64,000 nucleotides of DNA, taken from Octopus vulgaris. Taxonomy: Eukaryota. The stretch spans positions 57,970,001-58,034,000 of the forward strand of contig OX597831.1 of the NCBI GenBank assembly GCA_951406725.2, given 5' to 3'. How positions within the stretch are numbered: the stretch's first letter is position 1; each line of letters begins with the position of its first letter. Of this stretch, positions 11,787-25,861 are shown piece by piece. Position numbers and translations under genes: made by a program. The notes beneath the pieces are model-generated. The model did no database searches, was not told where the DNA came from, and saw only the letters and a program-made list of their open reading frames with translations.

Positions 11787-12394
11787 GCAACAACAAAAAC
11801 ATCTAACCTTTGTTTCTTTTATGGCCACTGACCTCCAAGCAATTTAGCTTCACTGCAAGTTTTATATATTTAGACTGGAATTACTGAGAGAAACCTCCAA
11901 ATTCTAAAAAAAATGTCGATATGACCATTGTCTGCATCGAGTAAATAGTGAGATAGTTGCGGGGGAAAAAAGCACAATATTGATTTACCTACTTGTCAGT
12001 TGTGAGTCAGAAATCTGCTGATAGTGATTTATATCGGTTCAGAATAAAGCAATGAACAAAACATTCCGTTCTATATTGCTTCAGTTCACCTTGTTTTTAA
12101 GCAGAAGTACTAATAAGATCCTTCTGAAAAGTTCTCTGCAATTGACTGTTGTTTTATCCGGCAAAAGATGTGTCTCACATCTGCTTTACACCTTGAAAAC
12201 TGAAGCTAAATTACCTCTTTTCAAGAATTTTTTAGACCTTTGTTCTTTTATTCTTCTACTTGTTTCAGTAATTGGACAGTGGCTATGCAGGGACATTGCC
12301 TTGAAGGGTTTAGTTGGTCATATCGACTCCCATTTTTTAAAGTCTAGTACCTTTTCTTTATCAAATTCTATTTGTTGAAATGCTAAGTCACATT

Positions 12395-12580
12395 TCTATT
12401 TTAAGAGATGAGGAATTATGTACATTATTTACATTATTTACATTATTTACATTCGACAGATATTTGTCCTCATCTTGTTTGCAGTTAACTCAACCTTTCG
12501 GTTGATATACCCTCCAGCCTTCATCAGGTGTCTTGGAGAAATTTTGAAACCTGGGTTCTCATTCCTAAGATATTCTTCGA

Positions 12581-12613
<33 letters not shown>

Positions 12614-12630
12614 CATTATTATTATTATTA

Positions 12631-12667
<37 letters not shown>

Positions 12668-12801
12668 CATTATTATTATTATTATTATTGTTCAGGTCAC
12701 TGCTTGGAATCGAACTCAGAATCTTGGGGTTAGTAGTGCACACTCTTAACCACTACACCATATTCCCAAGACACCTGAAGAAGGCTGGAGGGTATATCAG
12801 C
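12395..12801 (-). mobile_element. Composite tRNA-head/hammerhead element with inverted arms, copy 2
   Basis: Core nearly identical to 9766-9965 with expanded (ATT)n; the left arm is the inverse of the right arm of copy 1. Confidence 0.72.
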
Positions 12802-13276
12802 ATGGGCAATGGGCGTTAAATGATGATGAGGATGATAAAGATTTGATTATAAGAATATAACAGGATTTTAAAATAAATATTGAATAGGTATAGGAGTGGC
12901 TGTGTGGTCAGTAGCTTGCTTACCAACCACATGGTTCTGGGTTCAGTCTATCTAGCTATCTATCTATCCACACACACACACACACACACTTGTAGATATA
13001 TGTATGTTTATACACCCACCCACGCACATATGTCAACAAGACAGGATCTCCCTACATCATCTCTTAAGAAAACAATTCAACTCAATCTTACAGAACTAAT
13101 CTCCACTACCAACAACTCAACACTAATTCTCCACAGATAAACATACTTGTCCATGTGTAGATGAAGTCCTTACAAATGTATTTGTTTATACATGCACATA
13201 TATTTTTGCTTTGTCTGCTTAATATTAATATCATTTTCTTTATACAAGAAAATATGTCTGTGTACATCGTTATAAC

Positions 13277-14150
<874 letters not shown>

Positions 14151-14522
14151 GGTGATAGGCAGAGTCTTCAGATTATCAGATAAAATGCTTTGTGATACTT
14201 GCATTCTGAGTTCAAATTTCACTAAGGGCTAACAAATGTGCATCTATGGGATCGTTTACTAAATCTAATAGAAGAAGCAGCTAATTTCCCCTTAAATTAC
14301 ACTTGAAAACAGCGATAGCCAAAGCTATATAAGAGTGCATCAGTCATACACGATGCCTGGAAAAAAATTGATAGTTAACTTAGCTAGAAAGCATTGGTTG
14401 CCGGTTGCTCAAATAGAGCTAACCTTATGTTAAGCAGTAGCCTCTATTCCATAAAAGACTCTCAAAATACAATGATAAAACAAACCCAGGACACACTGCC
14501 TTCTCTCCGTTTTAGGTACACT

Positions 14523-15023
14523 CTATAGCTGTGAAACGTGGCCTATGTGGGTGGTCGATCAATGAAGGCTGGAAGTCTTTGACAATGATTGCCTCTAGTG
14601 CATTCTTCACTGCTGTTGGGTGGATCGAGTTCCCACCGCCAATCTCCAACTTTGCTTGTCTCTACGGCCCCTTCCATCTGTCCTTCTGCAACGGCGCTTG
14701 CGGTGGTTTGGCCATGCATGTAGGCATCCGGTGGGTGAACTGAGCTGTGATGTCCTTCTCCCAACTCCACATCCCAACTGGCAGAAACGCACGGGCGGGC
14801 AGCTGAAGACCTGAGCTACGACGATCAAGGAGGATCTCTCCGTGCTCACGGGTCCACAAGTGGTTGGGCTGTGTCGATGGAACTGCGACTGGCTCGCTAT
14901 CTCCAGTGAACTGGCGCAGGACCATCTTGCGGGGGCTGCCATGGTTCAAGATGCCTCGAGGGTGGTAGAAGAAGCCGATTCAACCCGGCCAGGGTGAATG
15001 TCGCCACAAGTACAGGTAAGTAA
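14523..15023 (+). mobile_element. 5'-truncated RTE-clade LINE (ORF C-terminus with stops)
   Basis: YSCETWP..RLEVFDNDCL..LLQRRLRWFGHA..KRTGGQLKT*; caagta-type tail; possible TSD gtacact (14516-22 / 15024-30). Confidence 0.88.
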
Positions 15024-15180
15024 GTACACTTGTGGATGCAATATATCAAAATTATCTCAATCCACAATGATATACTTACGTATATACACAGTAAATACTT
15101 CCCTTGCTCTCGCTCCCATCTGAATATTTCATCATCCCATTATCCAATAGTTTTGTGTTATCCTCATTGATTCCATTGTA

Positions 15181-15467
15181 CAGGGTGTCCACAAAGTCTG
15201 GGTACATGGCATAAATAAAATCATAACACAATTAAGAAATAATAATTTCTTAAAGTATGTGTTAATCCCCGTGTGGGTACATGGCGTAAATAAAATCATA
15301 ACATAAACAATTAAATGTAAGAAATAATAATTTCTTAAAGTATGTGTTAATCCCCATGTGGGTACATGGAGTAAATAAAATCATAACATAAAGAATTAAA
15401 TATAAGAAATAATAATTTCTTAAAGTATGTGTTAATCCCTATGTACCTAGACTTTGTGGACACCCTG
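15181..15467. mobile_element. Tc1/mariner-type MITE with three internal tandem units
   Basis: TA-cagggtgtccacaaagtct...agactttgtggacaccctg-TA; internal unit gggtacatgg...gtatgtgttaatccc present three times. Confidence 0.9.
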
Positions 15468-15765
15468 TATATTGAACTGACATCTTTCAATGCAAATCTG
15501 AAACTGAAAATGTGTGGAAACCTGTCATTTGGAATGTCTCTGCTGTTTGGGGGTAAACTTAATACACAACATACGAAGTACTTGTAAGCACTTGGTGCTT
15601 GGGTACCTCTTGCATAGTCCATTCTGTTTTAAACATTCAAGCTAGGTCGTTGTTTTGTTCTTTCTTTTTTTTTTGCCATGGAGGCTGTGCAAAAAATGGT
15701 CAAGGTGCTCCCTTCATTCATTGAATAATATAAAAAAAAAATCAAAATATAATGCTGAACCTTAT

Positions 15766-16150
15766 CATCATTCATCATTGTTCGACCATGGTCAAGACAA
15801 TGGAATTTACCATGTTATGCCAGACTTTACGGTCCATCATAGCATTACGGAGGTCCTGTTGCTGGATGCCTGTATCCCTGGAGATTACATCAGGGTAGGA
15901 GAGTGTGTGCCCTCTTGTATCGCAAGCAGATGGCTTCCAGAGGAGAAGAGTAGAAATGACCTAGTTTTCAGCTCTACAACAATGTCCAGCAAACTGGACT
16001 CTTCTACCTTTCACAAGAGATGATACAGGTGGTAGTTTCCCATATATTTGTACTTTGGTTGGATGATGTTTCCACAAGAGATTTTGAACCTTATGAAGGA
16101 GATGACAGAGGACCATGGTATGTCATGAATTGCTGTTTTCAAGAAGACCT
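15766..16150 (-). mobile_element. 5'-truncated RTE-clade LINE
   Basis: Minus translation ..RRVQFAGHCCRAEN..LLLWKP..TLSYPDVISRDTGIQQQDLRNAMMDRKVW; tga-repeat tail. Confidence 0.75.
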
Positions 16151-16244
16151 GCCCACCACAACAGAATTGATATCCTGAAAATTAAGCGCTATGTAAAAAG
16201 CATTGGTGTGGATGTTGATGTCACATAAAAAGTACTGGTGATGG

Positions 16245-16430
16245 TACCATTTGAAAAGCATCCCGTGCACTCTGTAAAGTGGTTGGTGTTAGGAAGGGTA
16301 TTCAGCTGTAGAAACCAAGCTGAAACAGATTATGGAACCTGGTGTGGTCCCTGACTTTGCTAATTCCGGTCAAGCTGTCCAGTCCATGCCAACATAGAAA
16401 ATGGACATCAAATGTTGATGATGATGATGA
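16245..16430 (+). mobile_element. Family D repeat (probable RTE 3' UTR) with (GAT)n tail
   Basis: gtggttggtgttaggaagggtattcagctgtagaaacc... as at 45615, 51720, 44060 and others. Confidence 0.7.
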
Positions 16431-16499
16431 ACAACAACATTGAGAACAACAATCGAAAAAGTCACCACCGCCACCAGCACTAGAACAACAACAACAACA

Positions 16500-16846
16500 G
16501 GAAGCACAATGGCCCAATGGTTAGGGCAGTGGACTCGCGGTCGGAGGATCGCGGTTTTGATTCCCAGACCGGGCGTTGCATGTGTTTATTGAGCGAAAAC
16601 ACCTAAAGCTCCACGAGGCTCTGGCAGGAAGTGGTGGCGACCTCTGTTGTACTCTTTCACCCCAACTTTCTCTCACTCTTTCTTCCTACGCAACCACTGA
16701 GCCTGGATGTGCATTCATCCATCCGTCGATGCTCTCGGTGTTGGGGGGTTGACCTGCTTTCTCTTCTGCAGGTCTTACAAATAGCAAAGGGCCACGGTTC
16801 GGACTTTTCCCATCTTGCGAGCTCTGGGACGAAGACCGTTTGCTCA
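16500..16846 (+). mobile_element. tRNA-derived SINE with the family C2 head and a different tail
   Basis: Head shared with 24715 and 38748 up to ctttctctcactctttctt, then an unrelated tail ending in (CAA/CAG)n. Confidence 0.8.
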
Positions 16847-17186
16847 ACAGCAACAGCAACAGCAGCAACAACAATAACAACAATGACAGCAGCAGCAACA
16901 ACCCTTTGAAATACAGGTAAAATTAATTTTTACTAGGTGAGTGCACTGGAGCAACATGAAACAAAGTGTCTTGCTCAAGGACACAATTTGTTACCAGGAA
17001 CTGAACTCACGACCTTATGGTCATGAGCCAAATAGAGCTAAATTACCAAATAACCTAACTACTTAGCCACACACCATCACGTATATCTAGTTTAAAATAT
17101 AATGCATGCTCATATGGTCAAGTGGCGAAGAAGTTTACTTTTCAAATATGAGGTCATGCCATCTTGAGCGAGTGTGTTCATGTCAA

Positions 17187-17515
17187 CTTACTTAAGCCCT
17201 TTTGCTCCTTATGAAGCAGAGGGCCATCAACAACCTTTCTGCACTGTTCTCATCTCTGTGTTATCATTAAGGTCTTTTCTCTTTTGGGTTTTGTTGGCTC
17301 TGAATTGTCATCAATGCTTCTGTAACTTGACTTTTCTCTAGGTGGGGCTGTTGGTCCTATGCAAACCCATTTTTACTTCTTGTAAGAGGTGGTGCATATT
17401 AATCTGGTCTCTATCATTTGATCTGTTTAGCATGAAAGACCCTACCAGGTATAGACTCTGCTGGCGTAACTCTCAGGGTTCTTGAAATGCAAAACCTATG
17501 ACACCACAACAAGGA
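17187..17515 (-). mobile_element. Bipartite non-autonomous RTE derivative (5' end fused to 3' end)
   Basis: Minus strand begins ccttgttgtggtg..accctgagagttacgccagc (RTE 5'-like) and ends gttgatggccctctgcttcataaggagcaaaagggcttaagtaag (RTE 3'-like). Confidence 0.55.
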
Positions 17516-17552
17516 CTGGATCTCATGGTGGATAAGAGTATGTGAACCCATA

Positions 17553-17767
17553 CTCTTTACTCTTTTACTCTTTTACTTGTTTCAGTCATTTGACTACAGC
17601 CATGCTGGATCACTGCCTTTAGTCGAATCAAATCGATCCTGGGACTTATTCTTTGTAAGGCTAGTACTTATTCTATCGGTCTCTTTTGTTGAACTGCTAA
17701 GTAATGGGGACCTAAACACACCAGCATCGGTTTTCAAGCGATGTTGGGGTGACAAACACAGATACAC

Positions 17768-17805
<38 letters not shown>

Positions 17806-17931
17806 CGATGGGCTTCTTTCAGTTTCCATCTACCAAATTCACTCACAAGGCTTTGGTTGGCACGAGGCTATAGTAGAAGACACTTGCCCAAGGTGCCACA
17901 CAGTGGGACTGAACCCGGAACCATGTGGTTG
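17553..17931 (-). mobile_element. SINE family B
   Basis: Inverse of the ggttccgggttcagtcccac...gaaacaagtaaaagag consensus. Confidence 0.88.
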
Positions 17932-18584
17932 ACATTTTTTTTCAATGGATGTCCAATAGATGGATCGTACTTGTAATTCAGAAGTCCAGTCTAGTCACAT
18001 ATTGTGTTAAGTTGATTGGAATTAAGAATTACAATGTGGATGTGCTTATCTGTGGATTACTTGGCCATTCATATGTTAATTTTACAAACTGGACATTCAG
18101 TTGACTGACTGACTCAGTGGTTATCATCAAAACTAATAGACAAGTCATCACAGCTGGACAAACGATATAGTGTTTTCTTATATTTAGTTTGTTCAAACTA
18201 TGATAGATAAGGCCATGCTGGAGCACCAAGTTTATCACCAGATGTGGTTGTATGGTTAAGAAGCTTGTTTTCCAACCACATAGTTTAGGATTCAGCATCA
18301 TTTCATGATATTTTAGGCAAGTGTCTTCTGCTATAGCCCTGGGCCTACCAAAATCTTGTAAATAGATTTGACAGAAACTGAAAGTTTGCTATGTGTGTCT
18401 GTGTGTGCGAGAGCGCATGTGTGCCCTTGTCTTGACAACATGCGCTGTCAAGACAAGAGCACACATGCATCAATGTTGTTCCTTGATCCTTTCATCCTAC
18501 CATCAATTCATCCGTTTGTCTACCCATCTATCCATCCCTCCATCCATTCATCCTCCTTCCTTCCATCATTCAAATAGTCACTCA

Positions 18585-18665
18585 GTACATACATATATGC
18601 ATACACACATACATACATACATACATACATACATACACGCATACATACAGACATACACGTACATG

Positions 18666-18697
<32 letters not shown>

Positions 18698-18775
18698 CAT
18701 ACATACACACATACATACACACATACATACAGACATATACATACACACATACGTACAGACATATACATACAAGCA

Positions 18776-18809
<34 letters not shown>

Positions 18810-18934
18810 CATACATACAAACATACATACACACATACGTACAGACATATACATACAAGCATACATACATACATACATACATACATACATACATACATAC
18901 ATACATACATACATACATACATACATACATACAC

Positions 18935-18967
<33 letters not shown>

Positions 18968-19291
18968 CGTACATACATACATACATACATACATACATAC
19001 ATACATACATACATACATACATACATACATACATACATACATACATACATACATACATACATACATACATACATACATACATACATACATACATACATAC
19101 ATACATACATACATACATACATACATACATACATACATACATACATACATACATACATACATACATACATACATACATACATACATACATACATACATAC
19201 ATACATACATACACACATATACATACATACATACATACATACATACATACATACATACATACATACATACATACATACATACATACATACA

Positions 19292-19325
<34 letters not shown>

Positions 19326-19331
19326 CATACA
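18585..19331. repeat. (TACA)n microsatellite, ~750 bp
   Basis: Directly visible. Confidence 0.98.
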
Positions 19332-20287
19332 TCAATGTTGTTCATTTCCAGTATCCTATGAAAAACCTGTTTGGCCAAGGGAAAATATTACCTGATTTGG
19401 AAACAGGTAAGGGTTGGCAACAGAAAGAGCATCCAGCCACAGAAAAATAAAACCTACCTCAACAAATCCCATTCAATTCCAGATTTCCTATGCAAGCATG
19501 GAAAGGCTAACGTTGGTATCAAATATTGGATAAAAATTAAAGTTAACGTCAGTGGAATTTGAACTCAGAATGTAAAGATGGACAAAGTACATTTTGCCTG
19601 GTGCAGTAACCATCCTGCTAACCACTGCCTTTTGTTTTTGTTTTTTGGTGTTAATATTGAAAACTCGAGAAACTTTTATAAAAGAGAACACACCAGCCTT
19701 CAGTTTATGGAAATTATCTTTAAATTCTCTTATCAAACCAACCATACAAATGAATACTCACTTTCCTCCATGGCCTCAGTGTATAGCCTTCCATGACTAA
19801 TATCCTAACAGTACTCAATTAAAACTTCCATTCCAAGGATGGCTCTGGGCAATGTTGAAACTCAGCCATAATTTAGTGCTGTTATCATATTTATTCTTGC
19901 CATAAACTTGACAAGTTCGTCTAAAAGTACAAGTGACATCTGGATTTGTAGGTAGTGAAACATCACTTCCTCCCTTTCTTCTATCTTTCTTTCTTGCTAT
20001 CCTTTCTTCCTTCTTTCTATGCTTTCATCCTACCACTCATCCATCCATCCATCCATCCATCCATCCATCTCTCCATCCATCTCTCCATCCATCCATCCAT
20101 CCATCCATCCATCCATCTATCCATCTTCCTCACTTCCTATTATCATTCAAATAGTCATGCAATATATACATGCATAAATACACACACACACACACACACA
20201 CACGCACGCACGCACACACACACACACACACATATTTTATTATGTGCAGCATGTATGTATACATATACATATGCAAACATATGTATA

Positions 20288-20506
20288 GGCGGTGAGCTGG
20301 CAGAAACGTTAGCGCGCCGGGCGAAATGCGTAGCCGTATTTCATTCCAAGTTCAAATTCTGCCGAGGTCGACTTTGCCTTTCATCCTTTCGGGGTCGATA
20401 AATTAAGTACCAGTTATGGACTGGGGTCGATGTAATCGACTTAATCCGTTTGTCTGTCCTTGTTTGTCCCCTCTGTGTTTAGCTCCTTGTGGGTAGTAAA
20501 GAAATA
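20288..20506 (+). mobile_element. SINE family A, young copy
   Basis: ggcggtgagctggcagaaacgttagc...gtagtaaagaaat; CpGs retained. Confidence 0.9.
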
Positions 20507-21265
20507 TATACATATGCAAGCATATAATAGGCACAGGATAGTTACTATGTGGTCTTGAGTTCTAGCTCACTGTTTGGCACCTTGGGCAAGTTTTCTACTG
20601 TGGCCTCAAGCTGACCAATGCCTTGTAAGTGGAAATGGCATATTTGTAGGCATATTTAAAATTTTTGTCCTGTATGTAAATTTGAAAGAATTATTTAAAC
20701 CCTGTGATGGTTTTCACCTAAGCATGCTGGATTAGAGTATGCATTATTGACAATGCCTAATAAAGCAGAAATGCATTTAGCATTCTCATTTGTTACAGTA
20801 GGGATAAGTTCTGTCTCCCTCCAATATATACATATTGTATTTTTAAACACAGCTCACCCATAGGAGAAATTAGGTTCAAAGTTTGGTGCAAGGTAAGCAA
20901 TTTTTGGGGTGGGATATGTCAATTATCTCCACCCCAGTACTCAGCTGGTACTTATTTCATTGACCCTGAAAGAATGAAAGGCAACATCAACCTTGGTGGA
21001 ATTTGAACTCAGAACACTAAGACAAACAAAATGTCACTAAGAATTTTGCCTGGTGTGCTTACAATTCTGCCTGCTCACTGCCTTGTCCATAGGAGATATT
21101 ATCTTTGGACAAATACTACAGTGAATTTTGCTTATCATAATGTATTTATATTAAGTATGATACATAAATGGCTCCTCCTCTCATGTCACCATGTCAGTAC
21201 CGATCAAGCAGAGCTTGAACAAAAAGCATTTCTAGTGGTAACCATCCTATCTCTTATTCAGACAA

Positions 21266-21636
21266 CATCATCATCATCATCATCATGGCTTGGCTTCACA
21301 AACAAAGATCAGGAAGGCTGTCCACATCGTGTGCATGCACACTCATGTCTGACAAGTCCAATACGGAAAAGGCAGGTCCGTGAGCAGTGTCCACAGATGA
21401 AGGTAACATCCGGTGTGGTGTCAGAGGTGGCTTGCGCTTTCCTCCTGCGTCTCTTCTTTGTTCCTTAAACTCGTTGACCGCATTGAAGATTGTGTGACGC
21501 CAGACATCACAGTCCACAGCCAGGTCTGATCAGCATTGGTGGTCAATATGACATGCTGTAAGAGACTTCTTGAGGCAGTTTTTGTAGTGCTTCCTTGGGG
21601 CTCCTCTCACATGGTGACCGGTGGAGAGTTTGCATA
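21266..21636 (-). mobile_element. 5'-truncated RTE (BovB-like) LINE with C-terminal zinc knuckle
   Basis: Minus ..RGAPRKHYKNCLKKSL..WRHTIFNAVNEF..CGHCSRTCLFRIGLVRHECAC; (GAT)n tail. Confidence 0.8.
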
Positions 21637-21997
21637 GTACATACAAAATTACACTATCAAGTATGTTATTGTCTTCTTAAGTAGATTTTAGTTGTTCTTA
21701 CTAGTTTAAAGAGGGACAATTTCAATCAGAAACATTTGTTTTTTAGTCAAAGGAGTCAGTGCAGCATCCACAAGTTTTCTTGTGCTTTCAATACTGATAA
21801 GAAAAAGATGAAATTCCTCAGTGGTGTTAAATCAGGTGATATTATGTTTACCATCCAAAGACAGGAACACTATATCTAAAGAGCTTCCACACAGGTTCCA
21901 TCAATCAAATTCCTGCACAAGTTTGGAGGGATCTGATGCCATGGTAGGAAACATTTCATCATCATCATTGTCATCGTTGCCTTCATCATCATCGTCG

Positions 21998-22034
<37 letters not shown>

Positions 22035-22037
<3 letters not shown>

Positions 22038-22920
22038 TTAGTGTCTGTTTCATTTAGTATCTGTTTTCCATACCAGCATGAAATCTGGTAAGCTGGGGAG
22101 TGCACCAGGCTCCAGTCTGTTTTGGCTTGATGTCTATAGTTGAATGCCCTTCCCAACACCAACCACCCAACAGGGTATACTGGGTGTCTTTAACGAGTCA
22201 TCAGTATAGGTGCCTTTTATGTGTCACCAGTATCAGTCTCCTTTTACGTGTCACAGCAATTGTGCCTTTCATGTATCACCGGCACCGGCCATGACAACAA
22301 TTCCACTTAGCTAGAAGTATCTTCTCAAGCACAGCAAATCACCGAAAGTCTTGGTCACTTGTCATCACTTCCATAAGACTCAACAGCCAAAGATCATATT
22401 TCACCACCTTATTACTTTACTGCCCACAAGGGGCTATGCACAGAGGGGACAAACAAGGACAGACAAATGAATTAAGTTGATTATATCGATCCCAGTGTGT
22501 AACTGGTATTTATTTAATTGACCCTGAAAGGATGAAAGGTAAAGTCGACCTCGGCTGAATTTGAACTCAGAATGTAGCAGACAAAATACCTATTTCTTTA
22601 CTGCTCACAAGGGGACAAACAAGGACAGACAAGTGGATTAAGTCAATTATATCGACCCCAGTGTGTAACTGGTACTTATTTAATCGACCCCGAAAGGATG
22701 AAAGGCAAAGTCGACCTTGGTGGAATTTGAACTAAGAACGTAGCAGTAGACGAAATACTGCTATGCATTTCGCCCGGCGTGTTAACATTTCTGCCAGCTC
22801 ATTGCCTTGCTGCGAGCTGGCAGAGATGTTTCACCACCTTGTCCCACATTTCACCATCTTGTCCCACATCTTCTTGGGTCTACCTCTTCCAAAGGTTCCC
22901 TCCGCAGTTAGAGATTGGCT
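22035..22920 (-). mobile_element. RTE LINE 3' end continuous with the family D UTR, interrupted by two family A SINEs (22411-22810)
   Basis: Minus GRGRPKKMWDK..AVLEK leads into ggcac repeats, gttggtgttgggaagggcat and (GAT)n; tttcaccacctt occurs on both sides of the SINE pair. Confidence 0.65.
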
Positions 22921-23344
22921 AGGATTTGTCCTGGAACTCTGTAGTTGCAAAGCAGAATTCTTAACTGCATCATGATACCTGACTAAATCTATAAGTTAGA
23001 TCCTGCTTCTAAAGAGAATTTGTGTGATGAGAAAAATGACCAACTGATGTATTTGAGTTACAAGAAATTCTTTTACTAGTTGCTGCCAAAACGTACATTA
23101 TTAGTTAGTTAGTTGGTAGTCTATCGATACAGATATTGATATACTGGCAACAGACTAGTGACAGGCTGGCAATATAATGTTCTAAAGAATGCTAATTGTA
23201 AAACGTCAGCTGGCTGACTGCCAGGGTATAATTCGGAGTAAAAAAAAAGAACAAAAAAAAGAACAAAAAATAAAAATGATATTCAAGTGGTTTCTCTTTG
23301 TCTAAGACATAGTTCATGTGTGTCAAGTTGTTATTTCTTTGTAT

Positions 23345-24042
23345 GTTGTTGATGATGATGATGATGGTGGTGGGGATGACGATGACGATGGTGATGATGG
23401 TGATGATGGTGATGATGATGATCATCATCATCACTGTTGTCATCATCTGCCTTCATATCATGTTTATTCTCCAGATCAATGTCAATATAATATTCAAGAT
23501 CACGAACTCTCCGATCACCGTTGTCATTGTAATCATCATCATCATCATCATCATCATCGTTGTTGTCAACCTCCTCTTCCTCTACCTTCGCCTTGTCACC
23601 CTCCTCTTCGTCTACCTCCTCCTCGTCATCCTCCTCATCGTTTTTGTCACCACCAACACCACCACCACCACCACAATTATCGCAATCATCATTGTCATCA
23701 TCGTCATCATCACTGTTACCACCACCAATACCATCATCACCAACACCACCACAACCACTATCATTATCATCATCATCATCGTTGTCGACATAATTGTTAC
23801 CATCATCATCATCATCATCATCAACAGCATCATCATCATCATCATCATCATCGTCATCGTCGCCATCATCATTGTCGTCGTCATTGTCATCGTCATCGTC
23901 ATCGTCATCATCATCATCATCATCATCAACAGCATCATCATCATCACCATCATCATCGTCGTCATCGTCATTGTCGTCGTCATTGTCATTGTTATCGTCA
24001 TCGTCATCATCGTTATCATCATCATCATCATCATCATCATTG
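23345..24042. repeat. (GAT)n/(CAT)n/(CAC)n low-complexity tract
   Basis: Directly visible. Confidence 0.95.
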
Positions 24043-24544
24043 CTGTCTCCATAGCCAAATCTTTCTCAGTTGTAAACCATTGTTCATATCTGACTGCTGC
24101 ACAGTATTGATTTCTAGTCTCTTCTTGACTTCCTAACTGCCAATGTCATTTCACTGATATTTGTTGGACATATTTTAACCTCGGCTGGTAATTAGTATTT
24201 TAATCATAAATTCTGACTACATCTTTTGTTCTTATTCTTCAGCCCTTCTAACTCTATCTAAGACTTTTGAATATATCTCAGACAGACAAATATAATACAC
24301 CTTATTGCTTACATCCCAGACAGTTTAACACAACCCACAGAATTTATCTTTCACCTTTTTTTTTTAATCTTTTATTTGTTTCAGTCATTAGATTGCAGCC
24401 CTGCAGGGGCCCCACCTGGAAGTATTTTTAGTCGAATGAATTGAACCCAGTACTTAGTTTTGATTTTAAAGCCTTATTCCTTATTCTATTAGTTATCAAG
24501 CAGTGGTGGGATCAAACACAAGCATAAAGACACACACATAGATA

Positions 24545-24616
<72 letters not shown>

Positions 24617-24714
24617 CATGCATACATACATACATACATGCATACATATATGCATACATATACATATTTATACTTATATACATACATAAATATATATATT
24701 TATACATACATACA

Positions 24715-25026
24715 TGAGGTGCAATGGCCCAGTGGTTAGGGCAGCGGACTTGCGGTCGTAGGATCGTGGTTTCGATTCCTAGACCGGGCGTTGTGAGTGT
24801 TTATTGAGCTAAAAACACCTAAAGCTCCACGAGGCTCTGGCAGGGGGTGGTGGCAATCCCTGCTGTACTCTTTCGCCACACCTTACTCCCACACTTTCTT
24901 CTGTTGGCCTGCTCGCTTAGCCAGCGGGGTGGCGTCATTTGAAGGCTAAAACAACGCGAAGTGCATTGTGACCACCGATGTGTAGCAACATCTGATAGCC
25001 TTGTCGGTCACGGTGATCATGGTGAC
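24715..25026 (+). mobile_element. tRNA-derived SINE, family C2
   Basis: gaggtgcaatggcccagtggttagggcagcggacttgcgg...gtcacggtgatcatggtga; homologous to 38748-39060. Confidence 0.88.
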
Positions 25027-25044
25027 ATACATACATATGTGACC

Positions 25045-25235
25045 GCGTGTGTATAGTTGGCGATTTTCTTCCTCTGCCTTCCCTTCTTTGGACTTTTTCT
25101 ATATTTCTGATGAAGAGCTCTGCTCGAAATGTGAAATCGTCTTTCTTTTCTTTCCTTCCCTGAGCATCCAATAACACTGTACTTATTCTACGTCCAAGCG
25201 TTGTTGCTTTTTCTTGCTTGTTCATGTTTGGGTGC
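25045..25235 (+). mobile_element. Penelope-like short element with a hammerhead motif
   Basis: tttCTGATGAagagctctgctcGAAAtgtgaaa at 25104-25136; related to the inverse copy at 41650-41850. Confidence 0.65.
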
Positions 25236-25359
25236 AGTGGATAAATTGTCTAAATTACGCAAAAATGAAAATAACGCTGACATCTCATTTTAACAGATAT
25301 ATTTACCAAAATTACATAAAAATATCTTGAAATACTAAAGAGTAAATTTATTCAATAAA

Positions 25360-25600
25360 ATCACAACTGGCTTCAACTATGGCCTCTAGACAACTTTGGA
25401 ATCTCCTGCAACTCTTCTGGATGGTTTCCTTGTTTTATGTTGGTGTAAATGCAGAGAAAGCAAGAACCCCACCAGGTCCTGTCTCTGCTACTACATGTTA
25501 CCACTGCAATTGTGGATTTTATGGCAATATTGGCCTAATAAGACATCTCAAGACACATAAAGCATAAGCTGCTTATCTTCAGAAACATGTAAGATGAATG
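25360..25600 (+). mobile_element. Decayed RTE LINE C-terminus
   Basis: TCYHCNCGFYGNIGLIRHLKTHKA* resembles the RTE terminal zinc finger. Confidence 0.5.
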
Positions 25601-25861
25601 CCTATCTCTATCCCACACTACTGATTATATCCTGTACTATCAGCTGTATTCCACACAATTTAACATTAGCCTGCTCTACTGAGATTGCTTCAAACTATAG
25701 ACTTTATCTCATGATACTAACTCTAGCCTGTGCTATTGACTGTAATGTAATCCACACTATTGAATGTGTTCAATACTGTTGACTTCAGCTCATACAGGTG
25801 AAAATATTTCAAACTATTGATTGTATCTCAAGCTATAGATTGTACTACACAGTACTGAATG

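Noticed and set aside
23316-24136. His-rich 272-aa and Ile-rich 264-aa ORFs
   Set aside because: (CAT)n low complexity
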